Assembly: GCA_038087875.1 (NCBI GenBank)
Contig: CM075998.1
Coordinates: forward strand, 5,954,001-6,018,000
From: Malacoraja senta
Lineage: Eukaryota
Direction: 5' to 3'
Length of the DNA stretch: 64,000 nucleotides
The stretch's first letter is position 1, and each line of letters starts with the position of its first letter. Of the stretch, positions 52,297 to 63,130 are shown piece by piece. The notes under the pieces were generated by a model. The model was not told the origin of the DNA and did not search any database. It saw only the letters and a program-made list of their open reading frames with translations. Position numbers and translations under genes: made by a program.

Positions 52297-55200
52297 GTCG
52301 AGAACTGGCTGCCGTTGTCCGATTGAAGACTTGCCGGGGTGCCATGGGTTCTGAAGTGGCGGCGCAGCTTCCGATAACGGCCGAAGAGGTGCGGGAGTGC
52401 AGCTGGTCAACCTCGAACCAGCTGGAGTACGAGTCCACAAGAACCAGGAAATGCTTGCCACGCCACTCAAAAATGTCAGCGGCGACGGTCATCCAGGGCA
52501 GCTCGCGGGCAGGCTGTTGCAGAAGCGGCTGCCGTTGCTGATGGGGAGCGAGGCTATTGCAGACAGAGCAAGTGGAGACCCTCTCCCGGATGTCTTGGGC
52601 CATGCTGGACCAGTAGAACAAACTCTGGGCCTGAGACAGGGTGGCCTCGGCCCCAGGATGACCGCGGTGGGCGGTCTGAAAGTATTGGTCCCGCAGGGCA
52701 GCAGGCACAACGACCTTGTGTCCCTTTACGACAGCGCCGTCGTGCAGCACGAGTACGTCACGGACCAGGAAGTAGGGCACGACTCCAGGCGGCAAGGATG
52801 AACGACGGTCTGGCCAGCCCTGCCTGATGATGTCGGCAAGCTGCTGCAGGGCAGGGTCCTTGGCAGTGTTGCTGACCAGGGACTGCATCAGCTGGGAAGG
52901 CACAATGTTGACGTTGAGCACCATCAGGTCAGACGATTCATATGGATGGCGATCGGTGGACATTAGAGGTGCGCGGGACAGCGTGTCGGCCACGAACATG
53001 TCCTTGCCCTTGCGATACACAATTTTAAACGTAAAACGCTGGAGCTGTAGCATCATGCGCTGCAACCGGGACGAGGCAACGTGGATGGGCTTGTTGAGGA
53101 TAGAGACCAGCGGCTGATGGTCGGTCTCGATCGTGAAGCTGTTGCCCAGAATATAGTCCTTGAACTTGGAGCAGGCAAACACCACAGCAAGCAGCTCCTT
53201 TTCTATCTGAGCATAGCGCTGCTCGGCAGGGGTCATGGTGTGGGACGCGTAGGAAACGGGCAGCTGCAGGCCATCGTGGAGCTGCAGGCAAGCAGCACCA
53301 AGACCGAACTTGGAGGCGTCGCAGGTAAGAACAATGGGACGCTGCAGATCGAAGAATTGTAGAGTGGGGGCACTGGCCAGCCTGGACTTCAGAATGTCGA
53401 AAGCTTTCTGGTGATGCGGGAGCCAGGCCCAGGCAGTGTCCTTCTTGATCAACTCCCTCAGGGGCGCGCTCAGCTCGCTGAGGTCAGGGATGAACTTCCC
53501 AAGTAATTAACCATGCCCAGGAAACTCTGCAGGCTGGGCACGTCGGTGGGCGAAGACATCCCGGAGACCGCGGCTGTCTTCTGCGGGTCAGGCTTCAGCC
53601 CCGATGCGGTAAAGACGTGGCCCACATAGGTGACCTCCGGGACGCGGAAACGGCACTTTTTGGGGTTTAGTTTGAGGTTGATTTCACGGGCCCGGTCCAG
53701 GACTTGACGGAGGTGGAGATCGTGCTCAGCAACGTCCTTACCGTAGACCAGGATGTCGTCAACGATGATGGCACACGGCAGACCGGCGAACAGCTGCTCC
53801 ATCGTCCGCAGGAAGACCTCGCTGGCAGAGTTGATCCCGAATGGCATGCGGAGGAATCGGAACCTGCCGAAGGGCGTGCTGAAGGTAGTCGGGTAGGAGG
53901 ACCGCTCGTCCAGCGGTATCTGCCAGAAGGAGCTCTTGGCATCGAGAACCGAGAAGACAGTGGCCGTGCCAACCTGCGCAGCGACGTCCTCCACTGTTCG
54001 CATGGGGTAATGAGGGCGTCTGATGGCAAGGTTCAGTTCTTTGGGGTTGATGCAAATGCGAATTTCACTTTTGTCCTTTTTCGCAGCAACAACCATGGTT
54101 GAGACCCACTGGGTGGGTTCGCTCACCTCCTTCAGGATGCCCATGGTAACCATGTTGAGCAGCGTTAACTCCACCTTGTCCTTCATGGCGAAGGAGACGC
54201 GGTGTGGTGGACGGATCACAGGCTCAACAACGGGGTCGACAACGATCTTGTAGCAGCAGGGCAGCTTGCCCAGCTTGTCATCAAAACGGTCAGGGTATTC
54301 GCGCAGGGGGTCCATAAGGGTCCGCACCTGGTGGATATCGCGGTGGAAAGAGACCAAGCCGAGGTCCTGGCACGCCCGGGCACCCAACAGGGTGATGTTG
54401 TTAGTATCCAGTAGATAAAAAGTGAGGGGCAGAGAGGCACGCAGTACCTTGCAGGTGCAGGGTAGCCCTCCCCACCGGAACGAGCACGCCCCCCCCGTAG
54501 GCATGCAACAGGGAGTGATCGGGAGTAACTTTCTCATCAGCCCTTATCTTCTTGAAGAGGCTTATTGACATTACATTGGTCACGGCCCCCGTGTCGAGTT
54601 TGGCGGTGAAGGTCGAGCCGTTGACAGTAACGCGAACCGAAGGGTCCGTTATCAGTGCAGGTGCATCCAACACTGAAAATATGCTGGTCTACCCCTGGGA
54701 GGAACTTGTATCAGACAAAGGGAGTTCATCAGGCTGGAACTGTGAACCAAGCGCGCTATCAGCTCGAGCAAGGTTGTTTAACATTCGGCGTGGAGCAGGA
54801 ACTGGCTTCCCACGGGAGCGACAGGCGGCAGAGAAATGGTTCAATTTCCTGCAAAGGTTGCACGTTTTTCCCAGTGCAGGGCACACATTAGACTGATGGG
54901 AGGTAAAGTTGCAGCTGCTACCCCCGGGTGCACGGGACCCCCGTTGCCGTTGCGGGCCAGCGTTTCGCCGGCGGCCAGCAACACTGGTAAAGTTAATGTC
55001 ATGATCAGCAGACGACACCGCCGAGGCGACAGCCTCAGCCATGCGGGAGGCGTGCAGAGCCTCGGTTAAAGACGGGTCGTGCTTCCGCAGAAGTTCAGCC
55101 CTTAGTTTTTCATCTTGAAGACCATACACTAAAATGTCCCGGGTCAGTTGATCGGGGGTCAATGTGTCCAGGCTGCAACGCCTGACCAGGTGACGCAACG

Positions 55201-55545
55201 CAGCGATGTAGCTACCGATTGACTCTCCAGGGATCTGACGCTGGATGAACATTTAAAAACGCTCTAGAATGCAGTTAGTGGGGATGTCGCACATTGCGGT
55301 AAACTTAGCCATAAGACATACCGGGTCCTGAGCATCTTCACCTGCACCATAGACAAACGACTCAGCCCGTTCCAGGGCATCGGGACCAGCCAGGTTGAGA
55401 AGCAGAGAAGCCTGGTGTGGCCGGGGTGGCAGCAGGATGGGCGATCGTGACGTAGTGTTGGAAGTCACGTCTAAAGACACCCCACCGATGGGCAATGTCC
55501 GAGTCGAAGACAAGCATATCGGGTTTTACGGCAAGAAGTAGCCAT
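52297..55545 (-). mobile_element. Ty3/Gypsy LTR retrotransposon internal region (gag-PR-RT-RNaseH-IN), frameshifted and truncated in integrase
   Basis: Gag starts MATSCRK at 55545. CCHC knuckle CNLCRKLNHFSAAC, protease LDTGA, RT MPFG and VDDILVYG, RNase H CDASKFGLGA and TDHQPL, integrase HRGHPG..CSVC and core ending at SDNGSQFS. Domain order PR-RT-RH-IN is diagnostic of Gypsy. Confidence 0.96.
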
Positions 55546-55547
55546 GG

Positions 55548-55747
55548 NNNNNNNNNNNNNNNNNNNNNNNNNNNNNNNNNNNNNNNNNNNNNNNNNNNNN
55601 NNNNNNNNNNNNNNNNNNNNNNNNNNNNNNNNNNNNNNNNNNNNNNNNNNNNNNNNNNNNNNNNNNNNNNNNNNNNNNNNNNNNNNNNNNNNNNNNNNNN
55701 NNNNNNNNNNNNNNNNNNNNNNNNNNNNNNNNNNNNNNNNNNNNNNN
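55548..55747. other. Assembly gap (200 N)
   Basis: Run of N. The round length suggests a placeholder of unknown true size. Confidence 0.99.
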
Positions 55748-56277
55748 GCGGTTTGCTTTCCTGTGTGTCCCCCCCCCCCCCCCCGCATCAAGAAAAAAAG
55801 ATTGAAAAGCCCCACTCCTCTTTCTAAGGGTATCCTAACTTCAAGTCAATGCTCACCTCCTGCAGGAACATGGGTGAAGTGCCCCCCCCCCCCCCCCCCC
55901 CAAACCCCAGAACAATGCCTGCAAGCAACTACTGCGCTCCAGCTTTCTGACCACTATAGTAGAGAGGGTTAGGAACCCTTGGGTAGAATTTTAAATTTAA
56001 TGGGTTTTTTCCAGTCTGTTGGCATGGAAACGTGATCGCATGCTATTTACAATATGGCTCCCTGTATATTCAAGTATTGAGACTTTTGATGTTCTGTATG
56101 TGGCAAAATAAAAGTTTTCTAGGTTGTACGCCATGTCTGTAATCTCTCGTTTCATTGAAACCCTCTGCTCATTGCACTTTTCACGTGGTGACCTGTAGTG
56201 AACCTTGGGATATTGATAAGAGTTTGAATCCCACCAGAGAGTCTGGGGAATTTACATCAAAGAGCAATAAAAGGTGA

Positions 56278-56920
56278 CAATTTCGCAGAACACCTCCGCT
56301 CAGTCTGCCTAGGCCTACACGATCTCCTGGTTGCTAAACACTTTAACTCCCCCTCCCATTCCCACACTGACCTTTCTGTCCTGGGCCTCCTCCATTGTCA
56401 GAGTGAGGCCCAGTGCAAATTGGAGGAACTGCATCTCATATTTCACTTGGTATGAACATTGACTTACATAGATACATAGAAAATAGGTGCAGGAGTAGGC
56501 CATTCGGCCCTTCGAGCCTGCACCGTCATTCAATATGATCATGGCCGATCATCCAACTCGGTATCCCGTACCTGCCTTCTCTCCATACCGCCTGATCCCC
56601 TTAGCCACAAGGGCCACATCTAACTCCCTCTTAAATATAGCCAATGAACTGGCCTCAACTACCCTCTGTGGCAGAGTTCCAGAGATTCTCCAACTTCAAG
56701 TAACCTTTGCTTTTCCTCCCTCTCTCTCTCTGATCTGTTGTTTTCACATCTTGCTATTCCATATCTCTAGACTCCCTCTCCCCTGACTCTCAGTCTGAAG
56801 AAGGGTCTCGACCCAAAACATCACCCATTCCTTCCCTCCAGAGATGCTGCCTGTCCCGCTGAGTTACTCCAGCATTTTATGTCTATGGTGTAAACCAGCA
56901 TCTACAGTTCCTTCCTACAC
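56278..56920 (+). mobile_element. Penelope-like 3' fragment interrupted by a CR1 3' end (about 56465-56680)
   Basis: FAEHLRSV-type sequence, and the terminal repeat CTGAAGAAGGGTCTCGACCC at 56795. Confidence 0.8.
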
Positions 56921-58129
56921 AGAGAAAAGCATTGACTTCTTGCTGGGTCTGATCTATGTTAATCCAGACCCACACCAGTGTGATTGCCTTTGATCTGGTT
57001 TCAATGGCCCAGCAAGTGACTAGGGTTGATGTGAGGGAAAAATGGAGTAATCCATTCCGATTCCAAAATATTTTAATTATTACTTTTGACTTGTTTCTGA
57101 AATCCTCTGCCAATTGGGGTCTTTTAAATTTGTTTTAGTCTTAGAGATAGTGTGGAAACTGGCCCTCTGGCCCACTGAGTCTGCACTGCCCAGCATTCAC
57201 CCACACACTAGTGCTATCCTACAATGGGGGGAAATTTACACAACCTCGTCTTTGGAGTGTGGGAGGAAACCGGAGATCCCGGAGAAAACCCACGTGGTCA
57301 CGGGGAGAACGTACAAACTCCACACAGACAGCACCCGTAGTTAGGGTTGAACCTGGTGCTGTAAGGCAGCAGGTCCACAGCTGTGCTGCCACCTAATCTT
57401 GCAGTGAATGAAATAACTGGCTCTAAGCTAACTGGTTGGACGAAAGAACAAATATTGGCTAAGCACCACTCACACTAACACTATCCTACACACACTAGGG
57501 ACAATTCTACATTGATACCAATCCAATTAACCTACCAACCTGTACGTCTTTGGAGTGTGGGAGGAAACCAGAGCACCCGGAGAGAACCCACGCAGGTCAC
57601 GGGGAGAACGGACAAACTCCGTACAGACAGCACCCGTAGTCAGGATGGAACCCGGGTCTCTGCCGCTGTGAGGCAGCAACTCTACCGCACTACTGGTGGG
57701 GTTTGAGGCAGGAGGAGTAGGTGGCTTTTGCAGTGGGCATCCCGGGTTGCACAGATCCAGCATGGAAAGTGTAGGTCGGAGCTGTTGCCACAACCCCGGA
57801 GATGTGGGTTCGATCGTGACATCCGGCATTATCTCTGTGGAAGTTGCACGTTGTTTCTGTGACCCCATTGGTTCCGTTCCAAATAAGGGTTGGTTTTGGA
57901 GGCAAATTGTCCCATGTAAAATTCCTCCTGCTGCGTAGGAGAATAGTAAAATCTGGAATAGATGGGATTATGAGGAGTGCAGCTTTAGTTTAGAGAAACA
58001 GTGTCGGAAGGAACTGCAGATGCTGGTTTAAACCGAAGATAGACACAAATAGCCGGAGTAACTCAGCGGGACCGGCAGCATCTCTGGAGAGAAGGAACAG
58101 GTGACGTTTCGGGTCGAGACCCTTCTTCA

Positions 58130-58965
58130 AATCTCTATAAGATTTCCCCTCATCCTCCTGCGCTCCATGGAATAGAGTCCCAGCCCACGCAACCTCTCCC
58201 TATAGCTCACACCCTCTAGTCCTGGCAACATCCTCATAAACCTTTTCTGAACTCTTTCAAGCTTGACAATATCTTTCCTATAACATGGTGCCCAGAACTG
58301 AACACAATATTCTAAATGCAGTCTCACCAACGTCTTATACAACTGCAACATGACCTCCCAACTTCTATACTCAATACTCTGACTGATGAAGGCCAAAGTG
58401 CCAAAAGCCTTTTTGACCACCTTATCTACCTGCGACTCGACCTTCAAGGAACCATGCACCTGTACTCCTAGATCCCTCTGCTCTACAACACTACCCAGAG
58501 GCCTACCATTCACTGTGTAGGTCCTGCCCTTGTTTGACATCCCAAAATGCAACACCTCACACTTCTCTGTATTAAATTCCATCAACCATTCCTCCGCCCA
58601 CCTGGCCAATCGATCCAGATCCTGCTGCAATCGTTCACAACCATCTTCACTATCTGCAAAACCACCCACTTTTGTATCATCAGTAACGGGCCCAGCATCG
58701 AACCCTGAGGCACACCACTAGTCACAGGCCTCCAGTCTGAGAAGCAACCTTCCACCATCACCCTCTGCTTCCTTCCATGGAGCCAATTTGCTATCCATTC
58801 AGCTATCTCTCCTTGGATCCCATATGATCTAACCTTCCAGAGCAGCCTACCATGCGGAACCTTGTCGAAAGCCTTACTGAAGTCCATGTACACAACATCT
58901 ACAGCTCTGCCCTCATCAACCTTTTTGGTCACGTCTTCAAAAAAATCAATCAGATTTGTGAGACA
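58130..58965 (-). mobile_element. CR1 RT fragment, same subfamily as 10198-13625
   Basis: Near-identical sequence to 10550-11440; DFSKAFDKVPH and SGVPQGS motifs. Confidence 0.93.
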
Positions 58966-59672
58966 TTGCATCAGTTTTAATGTTAGTTGCCAATTTTTAA
59001 ACTCACCGCTGGACAACAAGATTTTATAACCTACTGACTCCCATAGCTATCTAGACTACACTTCTTCCCACCCTGCTTCCTGTAAAGACTCTATCCCTTA
59101 CTCCCAATTCCTCCGTCTGCGCCCAGGATGAGGTGTTCCATACTAGATCATCGGAGATGTCCTCATTCTTTAATAAATGGAGGTTCCCCTCTTCCATGAC
59201 AGATGAGGCTCTCACTGGGGTCTCCTCGATATCCCGCAGCTCCGCTCTTGCTCCCCCTCCCCACATTCATAACAAGGATAGAGTAGCCCTTGTCCTCACC
59301 TTCCACCCCATCAGCCGTCGCATACAGCATTTAATCCTCCAATACTTTCGCCACCTCCAACGGGATCCCACTACTGGCCACATCTTCCCATCTCCGCCCC
59401 TTTCTGCATCCCGCAGAGACCTTTCCCTCTGCAACTCCCTGGTCAACTCGTCCCTTCCCAACCAAACCACCCCCTCCCCAGGTACTTTCCCCTGCAACCG
59501 CAGGAGATGCAACACCTGTCCCTTTACCTCCCCCCTCGACTCCATCCAAGGACCCCGACAGTCTTTCCAGGTGAGGCAGAAGTTCACTTGCACCTCCTCC
59601 AACCTCATCTACTGTATCCGCTGTTCCAGGTGTCAACTTCTCTACATTGGCGAGACCAAGAGCAGGCTCGAC

Positions 59673-61271
59673 CAAAGATACTAGAGGAGCAAGATAGACC
59701 ACTCCTCTGAAATCCAATGGACTGACGTGTAGTACGTAACGGAACGTCACCGCCGCCATTTGTCCGATATGCCTCCCGCTGTGTAATCCACTCTATCATC
59801 AGTGTTGTAGGGAACAGTGTTTGATATAGCGCATCTATCACCTCACATATTTTAGTTCATTTTATTGTAAATGTTTTCCCCCTGTTCCCCCATTTCCCTC
59901 CCATCTTTCCTCCCCAACCACCACCTTTGCGTAGTTTCCCTTGCATTGTATTGTGCAGCTTCCCTTGTATTGTTTTAACACACACTGTGCACAAAATTAT
60001 ATGTAACTTATATATATATTTATATGAATGTGTGTTTGTGTGTGCCTGTGTGTGAGAGGCAAGTTAAGGGCCTGTCCCCACCAGCGTGCGATTGCATGCG
60101 TCTAGCGCGACCGAACGTGGTCGCTTGAAAAATCTTGCACTGTCCGAAAATCCCGCGCGCCAACGCAGAGTGTCGACGGCGTACGCCTAGTGCGTGGCGT
60201 TGTGCAAGAGTTGTTTTTGAAATGTGCTATATAAATAAAAGTGACTTGACTTGACATATTTCTCTAGTTTCTTTCTTCAGATTTCCTCTAATTTGTTTAG
60301 CAACCTTTTTCTTTCAATCTCTGTGTGTATGTATATATATATTTGTGTGTGTGTTTCTATCCGCTTTTGGACCTAAGGCGTAGCAGGGCTGCCAACTCTC
60401 ACGCAGAGGGAAGGGAGGGAGAGAGGGGAGGGAGGGGGAGAGAGAGAGAGAGAGATCGAGAGAAGGGGGGGAAAGAGAGAAGGGGAAAGAGAGAGAGGGA
60501 GAAGGGGGGAGAGGGAGAAGAGGGAGAGTGGAACGATAACACGTTATAACGCGCAGCCGTCCCATTCCGACCAAAGATTATAGAGCAGAGCTCCTCTAGT
60601 ATCTTTGATTCCGACCGCCGCCGCCGAACCCCCCGCCCCACCATTGCACCCAAAGATGAGAGAGCGGAGTTCTATAATCTTTGATTGCCCTTCTTCACGG
60701 CGGGCTTGAGATCGTTGCTTGCGGTGTCTCGACAATTCGAGGGACATAACCGGTAACAGCCGCCGCGTTCCCGGACTCGAATCTGAGCTCGAAAAGTCTG
60801 GTGGTCACTGGGCCTAATGTGTCCATAACGCGGGCCATATTTTGGAGACCCCCTGCCTTACAAGAACAAAACCACAAATGTACAGAAGTATTAAAATGAT
60901 TGACTTTATTATTGCGGTAAGTAAAGATCTATTAAAAATAAATCTAATAACTTTCTAATGCACCGACAAACCTAGTTTCCCAATGACTGTTGATGGGAGA
61001 ACAGAAAATAACATTTTCAGTTCAGAATAATATCGACAGAAAATAATAATATTTTCTCACCTTTCTTTTTTATTGGGGAACCTAAAGAATGACAGGTCGG
61101 GTCGTCTAGATTGACGATTAGAGCAATTGATAGCAGAGCAGTGAGATGAAGATTTAGATGTAGACGCCATGACGGTAGTCGAGGCATTCCGGTAAAATGG
61201 CGTCAACAATCACCCATGTCATACTATGCTTTTTTCGCTGAGTGGCGCATCTTGCTCCTCTAGTACCTTTG
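59673..61271. mobile_element. Non-autonomous P-element-like DNA transposon, 1.6 kb, 8-bp TSD
   Basis: TIR CAAAGATACTAGAGGAGCAAGATAGACCACTC versus reverse complement of the right end CAAAGGTACTAGAGGAGCAAGATGCGCCACTC. GGCTCGAC is duplicated at 59665-59672 and 61272-61279. Superfamily inferred from the CAAAG terminus and 8-bp TSD. Confidence 0.8.
60405..60530. repeat. GA-rich polypurine low-complexity tract
   Basis: About 125 bp almost entirely G/A. Confidence 0.85.
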
Positions 61272-61613
61272 GGCTCGACGATCGTTTTGCTGAACACCTC
61301 CGCTCAGTCCGCCTAAACCTACCTGATCTCCCGGTTGCTCAGCACTTCAACTCCCCTTCCCATTCCCAATCTGACCTTTCTGTCCTGGGCCTCCTCCATT
61401 GTCAGAGTTAGGCCCAGCGCAAATTGGAGGAACAGCACCTCATATTTCGCTTGGGTAGCTTACACCCCAGCGGTATGAACATTGACTTCTGTAACTTCAA
61501 ATAGCCCTTGCTTTCTCCCTCTTTCTCCGTCCCTCCCCTTCCCAGTTCTCCCACCAGTCTTACTGTCTCCGCTTACATTCTATCTCTGTCCCGCCCCCTC
61601 CCCTGACATCAGT

Positions 61614-61641
61614 CTGAAGAAGGGTCTCGACCTGAAACGTC
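61614..61641 (+). ncRNA. Minimal type I hammerhead ribozyme core in a Penelope terminal repeat
   Basis: CTGAAGA-A-GGGT-CTCG-ACCT-GAAA-CGTC: conserved CUGANGA and GAAA boxes, 4-bp stem II, palindromic ACGU in place of stem III, GUC triplet. Confidence 0.7.
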
Positions 61642-61889
61642 ACCCATTCCTTCTCTCCAGAGATGCTGCCTGTCCCGCTGAGTTACTCCAGCTTTTTGTG
61701 TCTACCTTAGATTCTATAAGTGACAACTTTGGGCTGGCATCCAGCGACTTAGAAATTATTTTGCACATTCCAGCTATTGTAATGGGCCCCAATGCTAACA
61801 AACTTGTGCTCCTGGAAGAACTGAGGTCACAGCAACAGCAACTGCATTGAGATCGCACGGCAATCAAACTATAACCTTGTCACGTCACG

Positions 61890-63130
61890 GGGTCAAGTCA
61901 AAAGTGGTTCATATGTACTGACAATGAAACAATGAAATTCCTCACTTGCAGCATTCAAGTTCAAGTTCAAGTTTCCTTTATTGTCATTCAGACCTTTCGG
62001 TCTGAACGAAATTGTGATGCCTGCAGTCATACACAGAACCAATAATAACAAAACATACAATAAACACAAATTAAACATCCACCACAGTGAGTTCATCAAG
62101 CACACCTTCACTGTGATGGAGGCAAAGTCTTAGTCTCCGTCTCTTCCCTCCTTGTTCTCCCTCTGCGCTGAGGCGATCGATCCAGGCCGAAGATGCCGCC
62201 CTCCAGTCCAGCGGACCTCCGTGGTGATGTCGCCGCCGCCGAAACGCCGGAAAATGGCGTCTCCGCTGCGAGACGGCCCGCCACAGCATCAGCCCCGGGT
62301 CCCACAGTCTCCGCTCCGGACCACCGCCCCAGCTCCAGGTCCCGCAGTCTCCGCTCCGGACCCCGCCGCACCAGCTCCAGGCCGCCGCCGCCGAAAGCCG
62401 GAACGCCGCACCAGCAAGTCGGGCCACCGCTGCCTCAGCCCCGAAGACGGCCAGCATCCCGCTGGTAAGTCCTGGCTGGCTCTGCCTCCGTAGCCTCGGG
62501 GTCGGTCGCAGGTTGGAGGCGGCCAGCCCCGCCATTAGGCCTCACCGCAGACGGAGGCAGAGAAGGGGGATACGACACGAAAAAGTCGCATTCCCCCGAA
62601 GGAGGAGACAGAGGACATGTTTCTCCCCCCCTAACACAACCCAACAAACTAAAACTTAACAAAACAGGACAAAAAAACCCAACAGAAAAAGTAAAAACAG
62701 ACGGACTGCAGGCGAGCCGCAGCCGATTAACAGCGCCGCCACTTCCGGAAAATCACAGCAGACCAGTACACACAATACACACAGATAAGATCTGATATTC
62801 TAAAATTCAAAGATCAATAACTGTAATACCAGTGTAAAAACTGAAGTAATAATGTAAGCAGAAGCTGTTCCTGAACCTGGACGTTACAGTTTTCAGGCTC
62901 CTGTACCTTCTTCCCGATGGCAGGGGTGGAATGAGAGCGTGGCCAGGGTGGTGTGTGGGTCTCTGATGATGCTGGCTGCCTTTTTGAGGCAGCGACTCCT
63001 GCAGATCCCTTCGATGGTGGGGAGGTCAGTCCCCGTGATGTGATGGACCGGGCAGTGTTCACATCGTTTTGCAATCTCCATCGCTCCTGGGCGTTCGAGT
63101 TGCTGAACCAGGCCGTGATGCAAGTGGTCC
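61890..63130 (-). mobile_element. Rex1/Babar-type LINE 3' fragment with a nested GC-rich non-autonomous retroelement (about 61955-62750)
   Basis: Minus-strand peptides TCITAWFSNSNAQERWRLQ..VNTARSIT and GTDLPTIEGICRSRCLKKAASIIRDPH. The nested element ends in AATAAAG...(TTGAAC)n. Confidence 0.75.

Larger units (their letters stand above)
59020..61705 (+). mobile_element. Penelope-like element (RT thumb, Cys-rich linker, GIY-YIG endonuclease, terminal repeat), split by a DNA transposon at 59673-61271
   Basis: ORF 59133-59684 has PCNRRRCNTC...SNLIYCIRCSRCQLLYIGETKSRL. It resumes after 61272 as DDRFAEHLRSV...PVAQHFN. Confidence 0.92.

Noticed and set aside
52277..55547. Bacterial contamination, horizontally acquired gene or domesticated gag gene in the GC-rich block
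   Set aside because: Domain content and order are those of a Gypsy pol, with frameshifts and truncation.
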